Shown: piece after piece, positions 18,999 through 28,802 of the stretch
How the letters are laid out: each line of letters opens with the position of its first letter
Position numbering within the stretch: position 1 is the stretch's first letter
Origin: Chloroflexota bacterium
GTDB taxonomy: Bacteria; Chloroflexota; UBA11872; VXNJ01
NCBI GenBank assembly: GCA_965208775.1
Contig: OZ242360.1
Location: 2,676,699-2,740,698 of the forward strand
Reading direction: 5' to 3'
DNA: 64,000 bases
Program-made: the position numbers and the translations under genes
Notes under the pieces: generated by a model
Databases searched by the model: none
Told to the model about the DNA's origin: nothing
The model's input: only the letters and a program-made list of their open reading frames with translations

Positions 18999-20342
18999 GT
19001 GGCGATGAACGAGATAACGCTCGAGAACTTTCGGTGCTTTCGTGATCGACAGACGGCGCGCCTTGCTCCTCTGACTCTCTTGGTCGGCGACAACAGTACG
19101 GGGAAGACTTCATTTCTGGCCCTCATTCGAGCTCTGTGGGACGCCGCCTATGCCTCCGGCACACCGGACTTCAAGGAGGAGCCTTACGACCTAGGCAGTT
19201 TCGAAGAAATCGCACATCATCGGGGAAGCCGCGGCAGTCGGGCAGACGCCTTCCAAGCCGGTTTTCGCGTAGAGCCAACTGCCGACAGCGGTACGGCTGA
19301 TACCTTCAACTTCAGGTTCGAAAAGAGCGGTACAGCTCCGATTCCCGTTTGGCGGCGCATATCTCGAGCCGGAGTCTGGACCGATGAGACGTACAAACCT
19401 GGCAAATCCTATGCTCTTCAAGTCGGAACCACCCGAGGAAGCTGGGAGAGAAAGATAAGTTACGATCACTCGGCCGAATGGCTAGCTGAGCTCCGCTTGC
19501 CGTCGCCTGCTCCGTTTGTATTTTTGCTTCCGGATCGAGCAGACAGCCCGCCCGACGAGCAATTCAAGCCGCTGTCTGGGTCACCGCGGTTTAGCAAAGA
19601 CGACTACCAGTCTTTGCAGGCACTGTTTTTTCCTCTTCTTTTTGGTTCATCGTCTAAACCGTTTGCAACCGCCCCGGTCCGCTCTCGGCCGCGGCGTACA
19701 TACGATCCTTCTCGGACGTTTCAGGACCCGGAAGGTCAAAACGTTCCTATGTACCTTGCGAACACTTACTTCCAACAAAGGACAGTTTGGGAGGCACTGA
19801 AGAGGCGTCTTGAAGCCTTTGGCAAGACTTCAGGGCTCTTCGACGAGATTTCGATCAAGCCGCTTGGCAAACGAGACAGCGAACCCTTTCAGATCCAGCT
19901 TAGGAAGTTTAGCGGCGGACTGAAGGGGCCCCAGCGCAACCTGATTGACATGGGATACGGCGTGAGTCAAGTGTTGCCGCTGATCACGGAGATGTACCGT
20001 CCAGATGGACCAAGCCGATTCTTGATGCAACAGCCAGAAGCACACCTCCATCCCAGCGCGCAGGCTGCGCTCGGTAGTCTCTTCTGTGATGTCGCTAGCG
20101 ACAGCCGACAGCTCATCGTTGAGACACACAGCGACCACATTCTGAATCGCGTCCGAATGGACGTCCGGGACGGTGTGGGAAATCTGAAGCCTGAGGACGT
20201 ATCAGTTTTGTTTTTTGAGCGTGGCGCTCTGGACGTTCAGATTCATTCAATTCGGATAGATTCCGAGGGCAACACTCGCGGTGCGCCCGATACGTATCGG
20301 CAGTTTTTCTTGAACGAGACGCAACGGTCACTACGACTCTGA
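18999..20342 (+). CDS. ABC/OLD-like AAA ATPase (AAA_15/21-type with DUF3696-like C-terminus)
   Basis: Walker A LTLLVGDNSTGKTSFL. Walker B/D-loop FLMQQPEAHLHPSAQ. ETHSDHILNR His-switch region. Tail resembling DUF3696, from memory. Confidence 0.8.
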   Translation: MAMNEITLENFRCFRDRQTARLAPLTLLVGDNSTGKTSFLALIRALWDAAYASGTPDFKEEPYDLGSFEEIAHHRGSRGSRADAFQAGFRVEPTADSGTADTFNFRFEKSGTAPIPVWRRISRAGVWTDETYKPGKSYALQVGTTRGSWERKISYDHSAEWLAELRLPSPAPFVFLLPDRADSPPDEQFKPLSGSPRFSKDDYQSLQALFFPLLFGSSSKPFATAPVRSRPRRTYDPSRTFQDPEGQNVPMYLANTYFQQRTVWEALKRRLEAFGKTSGLFDEISIKPLGKRDSEPFQIQLRKFSGGLKGPQRNLIDMGYGVSQVLPLITEMYRPDGPSRFLMQQPEAHLHPSAQAALGSLFCDVASDSRQLIVETHSDHILNRVRMDVRDGVGNLKPEDVSVLFFERGALDVQIHSIRIDSEGNTRGAPDTYRQFFLNETQRSLRL

Positions 20343-20345
20343 CGG

Positions 20346-20843
20346 ATGTGTGCAATCGTTGACGCAAATGTTGCCCAGAAAGTATTCAGGCATGATCGCC
20401 GTACTGATTCGGAAACGATCTTCTTCGAATGGCTAAATCGGGGCAGTGGACGCCTCGTAATCGGCGGCAGGAAGCTGCGCCAAGAACTCGCCCTGAGTGG
20501 CCAAGCAACAAGAGAGTGGATGCTAGAAGCGCAGCTATCGGGAAAGATGACCGAACTCAACGATGGAGACGTGGATGCTCGAGCAGCAGATCTCGAACAG
20601 CAGGGAGCATATACATCCGACGACCCGCACATACTCGCTTTAGCACAGCTCAGTGGTGCGCGCCTGTTGTTTTCGAACGATTGCAGATTACAGAATGACT
20701 TCAAGAGCGGGCATCTGATCAACAACCCGATGGGAGACGTATTTCCTACTCCTGAAGTGGGTTCCATCCCAGACGAGACAGATTATCCTGAACGTCAGAG
20801 GCGCTTACTAACGAGGGCCAGTATCTGTCGTGCTGGAGTCTGA
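20346..20843 (+). CDS. PIN-like nuclease-fold protein
   Basis: Starts 3 nt after the ATPase stop. Has MCAIVDANV (first acidic residue), SDDPHILALAQLSGARLLFSNDCRLQNDF (later acidic residues) and a Rossmann-like alternation typical of PIN domains. Confidence 0.5.
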   Translation: MCAIVDANVAQKVFRHDRRTDSETIFFEWLNRGSGRLVIGGRKLRQELALSGQATREWMLEAQLSGKMTELNDGDVDARAADLEQQGAYTSDDPHILALAQLSGARLLFSNDCRLQNDFKSGHLINNPMGDVFPTPEVGSIPDETDYPERQRRLLTRASICRAGV

Positions 20844-21333
20844 ACGGCGTTTCCAGGCAACCTATGTCGGTTAAGCACATGAAGCTGGACGTTACATAGC
20901 TGCGGTCCCGCTTTAGGTGGGAAGAAGACTGGAACGTAGCGTCGCCGAAAGCTAAGGGAGGCCCGTCTCGACACCATGAGTTGATAGTGGGGAAACACGT
21001 CCCAACATGTCGATTCGGCTAGTACCCCGAGCGCTATGCGAAGGTGGTCATAGGCTCGCCATGCCGAGGCGCGGCCGATGCTGCTCAGATCGAGAACCGC
21101 TCCGCCGACGCGGAACAGCTATCTGCGGAGAGCCTAAACGCGAACCCGCGGGACGGAGTATTGGGCTGAGACAGCTGCCACACGCTGTAGGAAACACCGG
21201 TGCAGACCTCAAGCAGCGTACGACGACAGAAACCGGTTGGCAATGGGTCGCTGGACGCCGTCCTACCAATTGAAGCCATCGCCACGCTGGTACCGATAAC
21301 ATAACAAGCGAAACGACGCGTCGGGTTAGTCGT

Positions 21334-21783
21334 TTGCTGCAAGAAATGCCACCTGTCTCAGGAGAGATTGTGTCTGAATCAGAGGTGACATACTTTGTCG
21401 CCAGTCCTCGAACGAAAGAATATAAGCTCAGACCAGTTTTTCACTATCCGCCCGGTCATCCGTCTTCCTGTCAATGGAGTCAAGAGTTGAATCCGTCGCG
21501 CTGGCAGGAATTCGATTCGTGGGAAGATGCAAGGTCGGACGGCTACGAACCCTGCGCCGAGTGCGGCATCGACTTTGAATCGGAGAGGCCTAGGTTCGTC
21601 GCAAGTCCGCGTACCAAAGAGTACAAACTTAGACCAGTTTTTCACTATCCGCCCGGTCATCCGTCTTCCTGTCAATGGAGCCAAGAACTGAATCCGTCAC
21701 GCTGGCAAGAATTCGATTCGTGGGAAGATGCAAGGTCGGACGGCTACGAACCCTGCGCCGAGTGCGGCATCGACTCTGACTGA
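21334..21783 (+). CDS. protein with two tandem Ada-type/'sunset'-like Cys metal-binding modules
   Basis: Two identical 60-aa modules FVASPRTKEYKLRPVFHYPPGHPSSCQWSQELNPSRWQEFDSWEDARSDGYEPCAECGID. The pattern FH.P.C......N...F.S...A...GY.PC..C resembles Ada-like Zn-binding modules. Confidence 0.6.
   Translation: MLQEMPPVSGEIVSESEVTYFVASPRTKEYKLRPVFHYPPGHPSSCQWSQELNPSRWQEFDSWEDARSDGYEPCAECGIDFESERPRFVASPRTKEYKLRPVFHYPPGHPSSCQWSQELNPSRWQEFDSWEDARSDGYEPCAECGIDSD
21394..21774 (+). repeat. tandem direct duplication, 201-nt period, inside the CDS
   Basis: Unit 1 is 21394-21573 and unit 2 is 21595-21774. The 180-nt cores differ at 14 positions, all synonymous third/first-codon changes. Confidence 0.9.
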
Positions 21784-22338
21784 ACCAATGACCTTCCACG
21801 GACAGACCATAGACTACCTATGCACCGAAGTTGCGCAGCACCTGGACAGCCTCTGCATTTTTTGACGAATAGCTAAGTCCAGAGGAGTCTCACGGTTGCC
21901 ACCTCCAGCACGTATATTCGCTCCTCAACCAAGAAGTGGTGCTAACACGGCCGGGTCTTCGAGCAATGCCGCAAAGTGCAGAGGAGTCAGTCCGTCATCG
22001 ATCCTTGCCTCAATGTTGGCACCGTAGTCCAGAAGTTGCACTTGTCAATGCCGGAATAGATTTGACCCAGGATCGCCGATTTAGAATTGACCCACCCGAA
22101 CCTGTGACTTGGTGTTGTCCGGCTCCTCCGGCGATCGCGCGCAGAACACCCCACACAACTGCTCCAACCAGACCGATTACCGCTCCTGGAACCATGTCTC
22201 GCCCTCAAACTCGTCGCCATTTTCATACCGCCATCTGGGGAGCAGATCAGTGATCTTTGCGTCCTCGATACTATGGCTACTCGTGCGTTCAGGGCCACAA
22301 GTGCCTGCCGATGCAATCCCCTTAAATTGCCTCAGATC

Positions 22339-23016
22339 TTATCTGTCCCGTCTCAACCGCGCGCTAGATCGGTATCTTTTAGGTATACGCATGCGTTTGA
22401 GAACTTCGGTTTCGTGCGATTCAGCACCGGTCCTCAGGTTCACAGTAATGCGTGTCAGTCGCTCCTCGGTTTTGTCATCTATCCAATAGGCGATGAGCCC
22501 ATACATCGACATGCGAAAAACAACCTCAATCCACTCAAACACGAGATCGATTTCAGGCCGGTCAACCTCGGTTCCTCTGGTGACTCCATGCAGCAGTTGC
22601 TGAATCCGATAAACCGTGTGCTCAAATGCTTGAATGAACTCTCGCGATGCGGTTTCCAGCGTTTGCCCATCAATATGACGGCGATGTCCCAAGTTATTCA
22701 GGAAAGCCCACAGGTCTGTACATCCTTCATGCCAACGGTGTAACTCATCGGCATCGTCTTGCCAGAATTGACGCCCCTCATCTCTCACCCGTTCAATAAC
22801 TCCCATTGCCTCCCGAATGTGATGGGATGCGGGTTGAGACTCGAAGTTACTTACGATCTCGATACGTCGAAGGTTGCGCCTGTTTCTAAACCTACGCCGA
22901 TCACCTGCGCGAGTAGACTTCACCCTATCCCGCATTTGGACTGACTTCGAAACTCCACCGAGTACGGATATCTCGAACTGTAGCTGCGAAGTAGCCTCAT
23001 TTGGAGACGGAGGCAC
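22339..23016 (-). CDS. hypothetical protein
   Basis: 225-aa ORF with a reasonable helical, non-repetitive composition. No domain recognised. Confidence 0.4.
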   Translation of the reverse strand: MPPSPNEATSQLQFEISVLGGVSKSVQMRDRVKSTRAGDRRRFRNRRNLRRIEIVSNFESQPASHHIREAMGVIERVRDEGRQFWQDDADELHRWHEGCTDLWAFLNNLGHRRHIDGQTLETASREFIQAFEHTVYRIQQLLHGVTRGTEVDRPEIDLVFEWIEVVFRMSMYGLIAYWIDDKTEERLTRITVNLRTGAESHETEVLKRMRIPKRYRSSARLRRDR

Positions 23017-23444
23017 GGGCCGAGCGCCCGGCCCTCACCAGTGCGCCAGCCGTAGTCGATCGCCGGTGTGAACAGTTGTTGAACGAAGTCCACGTCTTCT
23101 ACCTCTCCCAGAGTTGTCCCCGGCGCTGGGTCGCCGAACGGTGCGGCACACTGACCGTCTAACTATACGCAGCCTGCTCCGGCTGAGCTTCGACCAGGTC
23201 AGAGACCTTGGGATAACCCGAACGCCCGTGAAGCCATCGATGAGGCTTACCGGCAGAACGGTTGGCGCAAGACGGCCCCCTCTATCGCTGAACTGCACAA
23301 TTCCCATTTTCGACGCCAACAGAGGGCTAGACGCGGAGACACAGCGCCAGAGGGCTGAGAAAGCCGCCCAGATGGCACAAGGGGAACGTGAGCTAGCAGC
23401 GGCGCTGAATGAACGGTTTCCAACGGACTAGCCTACTTGCAAAG

Positions 23445-24068
23445 TCAGTCGGGCCGGTTGAACTCTCTTCTCGTCAATTCGAAGAGCGCAATCAACAGAA
23501 CCGGCACGAGAACGACATATATAGACTTGTCGCTGTTCGTGGCCGCTATTACAACGATTTCCTCAAGGCCACGGAGTGTCCCAAAGACCAGTACAGCAAT
23601 GATGCAACTCGTTGAAACGAACGAATAGAACTCCCTAAGTGTCTTTGACTCCCATTGCTTTGTGACACCCACAAGCGTGCCAGAGGTAAGTGCAACGAAG
23701 ATCGCCATTTGGAACAGAAGGCCGCGATCAAATTCGGCCCAACCCAAAAGGCCATTCACCAAGAAGGATGCGTGAATGCAAATGATCGCAATCACGAAAA
23801 AGCTACAAACAGACAGCACAAAGCCCCGCCCTCGGTCATTGGGGGCGAATTTGGCCGTTATCGTGGTCGCTAAGAGCCGCCCAATGAAGAAGCCAAGAGG
23901 AAGGCTTGCCATTCGCACTGCGCCAGCCACCGGTGACTCCGGCGGCGACAAGAACCAGAGTATCCCAAACGCCAATGGGCCACCTCCGACATAGATAAGG
24001 CCTAATACGACCACTCGCCGTTGAATCGACATCGCTAGAGTTCCTTGATCTGTGCTGGATGCAAGCAA
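23445..24068 (-). CDS. hypothetical polytopic membrane protein
   Basis: 207 aa with about six hydrophobic helices. Confidence 0.5.
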   Translation of the reverse strand: MLASSTDQGTLAMSIQRRVVVLGLIYVGGGPLAFGILWFLSPPESPVAGAVRMASLPLGFFIGRLLATTITAKFAPNDRGRGFVLSVCSFFVIAIICIHASFLVNGLLGWAEFDRGLLFQMAIFVALTSGTLVGVTKQWESKTLREFYSFVSTSCIIAVLVFGTLRGLEEIVVIAATNSDKSIYVVLVPVLLIALFELTRREFNRPD

Positions 24069-24089
24069 TTGCTTTTAGGGCAGAAGTGC

Positions 24090-24931
24090 CTAGGCCGCGA
24101 TTAGCTCCACATATCTCAGCCGCTTCCCGTCCATGCCGGCGAAAAGCGTCGCCATTTCATCAGCCGTGTCTAGCTTCCGCTGATTGAACCGGCCTGGAAA
24201 TACGTTGATGTACTTCGCAATGTGCTTGCGCGAGAACGAATGACATTTGCCATGGTGGACGACCAAAAGGAGTCGATTCCGTTGGTGTGGGCGTCGCCAT
24301 CCTCTGAGACGTATTCCCTCGCCGAGTGATTTGCCGCTCGGTGATTGAGGGGCATACTCTCATACGCCTTGGCGTCGTCTGTGTGGACCGGAGTCCACCG
24401 CTGGGTTTTCCGGACAACACAGCCCTGCAAGGTTGCCGCCGTTCCATCTGGAACGGGCCAAGCATAGACTAGGCCAAGGTGTCGATCCTTCATGCTGAGA
24501 ACCATCGTTTAACCTTCCGGCCAGCGGTCAACGAGCTTCTTGTCACCATGCTTCGAGCGTTCCTTGTCGCCGACGTAGGTTTCATCTACCTCAACCGGGC
24601 CGATGAATCTGATCGGTTCCGGCCGCCAGCCTTCTCGCAGGCGATGCCCAAGAAACCAGGCGGTCCTGTGAGTCAATCTGAAATAGCTGGCCAGCTCCTT
24701 GGCGGAGGCGCCTTTCTTGTTTGAGACCAACGTGTAGATCGCCATCGCCCACTGGCAGAGCGGGACCTTTGAATGTTGCATGGCTGCCCCGGTTAGGACG
24801 CCGAAGCACTTCCTGCAGATATATTGGCTCCAGAGGGGCAGACGAGGCTTTAGTGACGGAGTTTGTCGACGCCGGTGGGCATCTCTCATAGAAACTTGGT
24901 TTGTGAAATGAACGAGCTTCAAGAATTGCAC
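24090..24931 (-). pseudogene. IS1595-family (ISXO2-like) transposase, decayed
   Basis: YICRKCFGVLTGAAMQHSKVPLCQWAMAIY...EVDETYVG, then in-frame TAA at 24506-24508, then ...HTDDAKAYE...HTNGIDSFWS. A frameshift leads to the tail HIAKYINVFPGRFNQRKLDTADEMATLFAGMDGKRLRYVELIAA. The N-terminal Zn ribbon is missing. Confidence 0.75.
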
Positions 24932-26014
24932 GGCGTCATAGCCAGTGCATGTGGAAAAACTAATGATCCCTTGCTGTATCGAGGAGAGAGCAAGGACTAC
25001 CCGGAGGTCTCGTCAACCCTTTGGCGAATGTGTAACGACTGGCGCAAACGAAGCAAATGGAATCTGAATGACCTCCAAAGAGTCCTCACCAACATATCAA
25101 GTAAGCATGACAACCCGGAGGCCAGAAGGCCAAGACAGAGCGAAAGCTACGTTGCCATTTGGTCTGGTGGCTATGACCCTACAGAGATGACAGAACAGGA
25201 AGTAGAACTGATGGGGGAACTGCAGCATTGGGGGGCTGCCACAAATCTCATCGATTTCACCAGAGACATGAACGTAGCCATCTATTTCGCTTGCGAAGAA
25301 AAATGGCAAAGCGATGGCAAGATAGTCATTCTCAGAGAGCGCGAATGGGCCAGGTGGTGTCTCGACGCGAAGACGCCCGCCCACAGAGCAGAAGCGCAGA
25401 AGAGCGTATTCCTCAGACATCCCGACGGCGTAGTGGCACCTTGGCGGGAAATCAAGATACCCAACCGGGATAAGCCCGTGCTATTGGACCAACTTAGCCA
25501 ACTGGAATCACCGGTAACCGCACTCACCGTATATAACGACATTTACGGCTATATCCGTCTGAACAATCGTTATCTTCAAGGGATGGACTATTACCACGAG
25601 GGAGTGGAGCTACTGGATCGCTATGCCAGGCTACTAGCGAATGAAAGTCCTCCTCCGGAAATGCTAGCGAGAATAAAAAATCTACACAGCAAGGCGGTAG
25701 AAAAGCTGGCTTGGATGGGAGGGCTTTGGGCAGAGCTTGGGCGAATACACTTCTATAGCTACGAGTTTGATGAAGCCAAAAGAGCGATTACGAAAGCGCT
25801 GCGAATGGAATATCGCCAGCCCTACATGTATGGGATTCTGGCAGAGATCGCCTTCAATGAAGGGAAGAAGAACGTGGCATTGGAGCATCTAAAGGACGCA
25901 TTGGCTGTGCATAGAGAATTGGACGGCGAGGAAGGTGCGAACCAAGGCGTATTCGATCAACTGGAAGCGCTCAAGGCCAGAGTTACTGCAATGGAAAACA
26001 CGGACGGCCAGTGA
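24908..26014 (+). CDS. FRG-domain protein with C-terminal TPR-like repeats
   Basis: LLYRGESKDYPEVSSTLWR and LQHWGAATNLIDFTRDMNVAIYFAC match FRG-domain signatures. The C-terminal helical repeats (WAELGRIHFYSYEFDEAKRAITKAL...) are TPR-like. Start trimmed to the ATG at 24908. Confidence 0.65.
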   Translation: MNELQELHGVIASACGKTNDPLLYRGESKDYPEVSSTLWRMCNDWRKRSKWNLNDLQRVLTNISSKHDNPEARRPRQSESYVAIWSGGYDPTEMTEQEVELMGELQHWGAATNLIDFTRDMNVAIYFACEEKWQSDGKIVILREREWARWCLDAKTPAHRAEAQKSVFLRHPDGVVAPWREIKIPNRDKPVLLDQLSQLESPVTALTVYNDIYGYIRLNNRYLQGMDYYHEGVELLDRYARLLANESPPPEMLARIKNLHSKAVEKLAWMGGLWAELGRIHFYSYEFDEAKRAITKALRMEYRQPYMYGILAEIAFNEGKKNVALEHLKDALAVHRELDGEEGANQGVFDQLEALKARVTAMENTDGQ

Positions 26015-26274
26015 GAGTTGATGGTTAAGTTGAACTCTGGCGCTAGGATTCTGTCCTATCCTGCCTCCAATCCCTCCGGCCTCCCGTGGCTCGAGGACGT
26101 GCCTGAGCATTGGGAGGTTGTCCGCCTAGCAAGTAGTGGCGTCTTCTCCAAGGGAACTGGTTGAAACAAGGACGACGTGGTCCGCTACGGAGCACCTCCG
26201 TAATCGCCGGTGCAAGAATGACCCACTAGCGCCGGAATGGAATTGACCCACCCGTAGGCAGAGAGCACCTTGAG

Positions 26275-27060
26275 TTGGGATGTGGAATCCGACATGGAGG
26301 TGCGGAGGAGATTGCTGAGAGGTGGGACGGTGAAGGACACGTACAAGTTGAAGGGTCAGGGCGGTCGATGCGTGGGATAGCGCGGGAACTGGGAGTCTCG
26401 CGGAACTCGGTGCGCAAGTATCTGAGGTCGCCTGGAGTACCGAGGGAGCGGCCGACGGGGCGTCGGGCGTCCAAGCTGGACCCGTACCGGGAGTACATCG
26501 CCGGGCGGCTGTACGAAGAGCTGGAGAACTGCGTGATGTTGCTGCGAGAGCTGCGGGCGCTTGGCTACAGCGGCGGCTACACGATCCTGAAGGACTACGT
26601 TAAGCCCCGTCGCCGGCGTCGGCAGCCGCGCGCAACGGTGCAGTTCGAAACGGGCCCTGGAGAGCAAGCGCAGGTCGACTGGGGGAGTATGGCGTACCTG
26701 GCCGAGGACGGTCGCAGGCGCCGCGTGTGGGCGTTCGTGATGGTGTTGAGCTGGTCGCGGGCGATCTACGTGGAGTTCGTGCGACGCTGCGACGTAGCGA
26801 ACTTCATGCGCTGTCACGTCAATGCGTTCGAGTACTTCGGCGGGGTGCCGCGGCGGTGTCTCTACGACAACGCCAAGGTGGTGTTGGGGCGCGACGCTGG
26901 CGGTCATGTCGAGTGGAACAGCCGGATGCTGGACTTTGCGTTGCGGGTGGGCTTCGAGCTGAGGTTGTGCCAACCGTACCGTGCGCAGACGAAGGGGAAG
27001 GTTCAGAGGGCGCTCCGGGCCGTGGGACGCAGCATGAAGGTCGAAGTCACCGCCGCCTGA
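26275..27060 (+). pseudogene. istA: IS21-family IstA transposase, C-terminally truncated
   Basis: HTH IARELGVSRNSVRKYL and DDE-region motifs QVDWG, VWAFVMVLSWSR, YDNAKV, PYRAQTKGKV. The homology stops right after TKGKV. No istB follows. Confidence 0.8.
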
Positions 27061-27533
27061 ATCAAGCCCAGAACTCCCCTTTATGAGATGATTGCGATCT
27101 GGATCACCCGCAAAGCTAATCGCGCGGCCTAGCATGAGCGACGGAACTAGTATCTCGGGAACCTCAGAAGCGGCCCCCAAGAGCCTCAGTCGGCGGAGCC
27201 GTCTACCTTAGGCTAAGTCTTTTCGAGAGGCGACACTCTCCCCATAGTTCATCGTCTTGGGAGGACGCCCTCGGAGTTTCTTCTATGTCTTACCAGTGAG
27301 CGGAGGCGGGACGGTGAAAGAAGCTAATTTTGGCCGGTTTCTCTGCTTGTGGCCGTAACGCCGCGCCCTGGCGCGGTGAGGGGATATCCCTATGGCGTGG
27401 TTCCGATGGCTCCGCTTGGACACCGCCCTTAGGCTCAAATGCTCATGCTGCCCGACACAAAGAGGTTCGGAAACGAGCTTCGAAGAAGCTGATCGTGTAG
27501 GTTAAGTCTCTGCTGAGCGGTTTTTCTTATTCA

Positions 27534-27989
27534 TTGAATAGAGAGAACATGAAGGCTCTTATCGTCGTCATCTGCGCGGCGCTTGTTGTGGCCTGTGGTG
27601 AGACACAGTACATAGAGGTGGAAGTGCCCGTAGAGGTTGTCAGAACCGTAACGGTCGAAGTTCCCGTAGAAGTATTTGTAGAGGTGCCGGTAGAGGTCGT
27701 TAAGACAGTTAGGGTGTCTGATGGAGACCTAAGCGCTCAAGTTGTGAGCTTGCCCGCCAGTCAACACTACGAGTGCTTTATAGAGATTGACGCGGACACA
27801 CCTCATGTTTTCAGGACAGTTGTAACATCTCAAAATGCCTTTCATAGCGGAAATACGGCTGTCCTGACGAGAGGAACGCACCGACTTGACTTCAGAGTGT
27901 CTCCACTTCCGCGTGCTCCCGGCACGTTAGTCGTAGCAAGAACTCAGGGGACGGGTGAGTGGAAGGCGTATTGTGTCGAACACGAGTAG
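27534..27989 (+). CDS. lipoprotein with VEVPVEV repeats
   Basis: MKALIVVICAALVVAC lipobox. Repeated (V/I)EVEVPVEVV units, then a small globular domain. Confidence 0.55.
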   Translation: MNRENMKALIVVICAALVVACGETQYIEVEVPVEVVRTVTVEVPVEVFVEVPVEVVKTVRVSDGDLSAQVVSLPASQHYECFIEIDADTPHVFRTVVTSQNAFHSGNTAVLTRGTHRLDFRVSPLPRAPGTLVVARTQGTGEWKAYCVEHE

Positions 27990-28121
27990 CTTCATCTAAT
28001 CCAATTGCCCCAATTGTCGAGGGGCAGGTCAAAAGCTTCCTACAGTCTTCGTTCTCCATGGAAAGCTCCATCACTTCGAGCGACCAATTCGGGACTCTTT
28101 GGCAGAGAGTCCGGATAGCCG

Positions 28122-28538
28122 GTGCGTACCCGCGATAACAGACGACTGCTCAATGCCGTCCGACAGATCCGCATAGCAAGCCTTCAGGCGCTTTGGACAG
28201 ACGATCCTGAGGCGTTCCCCAACGCTGATCATGAGCAGTTCTGGTGGGGAGTTTGGTTACCAGTTCGGCAGGACCAGCACCGAACTGCGGCGGCATTCCG
28301 CGACCTAGCTCAGGCCCAGGAAATGCAGGTTGCAGAGCGTACATTGTTGTTTCCAGAGCACACCGGTCTGGTTGTTTACACGCCAATCGAGCAGATGCAG
28401 TGTTCGATCACCACACTCAACAGCCTTGCCTCGTTGCGGCGCACTAAGGAAACCGCAGGTTTTCTCGATTCGCTGCCCGTTGACGAACAGCTTGAGTGGC
28501 TCGACGATATTTCTTCGGCGGACCGAATATGCCGCTGA
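28122..28538 (+). pseudogene. orphan N-terminal fragment (possibly of a defence-island S8 peptidase-type protein)
   Basis: The 138-aa ORF ends right at the mini-CRISPR. The FWWGVWLPV...LLFPEHTGLVVY... pattern recalls the non-catalytic N-terminal region of some S8 peptidases. This is from memory only, and no catalytic domain is present. Confidence 0.25.
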
Positions 28539-28578
28539 GGACTAACGTGTCCCCAATGTCTGCATGGTGTCGTAGTAG

Positions 28579-28668
28579 ATCTATCCCCGCGCGTACGGGG
28601 GACCTCCGCCGCGGAGTACGACGGCCTGATAAGCGCGGCGTCTATCCCCGCGCGTACGGGGGACCTCC
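28579..28668 (+). CRISPR. mini-CRISPR: two 29-nt type I-E-like repeats and one 32-nt spacer
   Basis: Repeats (A/G)TCTATCCCCGCGCGTACGGGGGACCTCC sit at 28579-28607 and 28640-28668. Spacer is 28608-28639. The 61-nt period and CCCCG...CGGGG palindrome are typical of I-E-type arrays. There is no convincing third repeat and no cas genes in the window. Confidence 0.6.
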
Positions 28669-28802
28669 CCTGGGCCGCCTGTACGCCACCTACAGCTCGA
28701 TACGGCCCTCAGGCGTCGTTAGGTGCGGACCGGCGCTTTGGTCGCCCTGGGGCCTAAAACCGCCCGCAAGTCCTGAGCACCCGTCGGACCGAGTGGTGGC
28801 GG

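Noticed and set aside
28122-28538. The ORF immediately upstream of the mini-CRISPR as a Cas2 or other Cas protein.
   Set aside because: No ferredoxin-like Cas2 pattern and no Cas1 or Cas6 motifs. The sequence looks like an unrelated truncated N-terminal fragment.
28701-28729. A third, degenerate CRISPR repeat at the expected 61-nt phase after repeat 2.
   Set aside because: A position-by-position comparison gives only about 11 of 29 matches, not clearly above chance.
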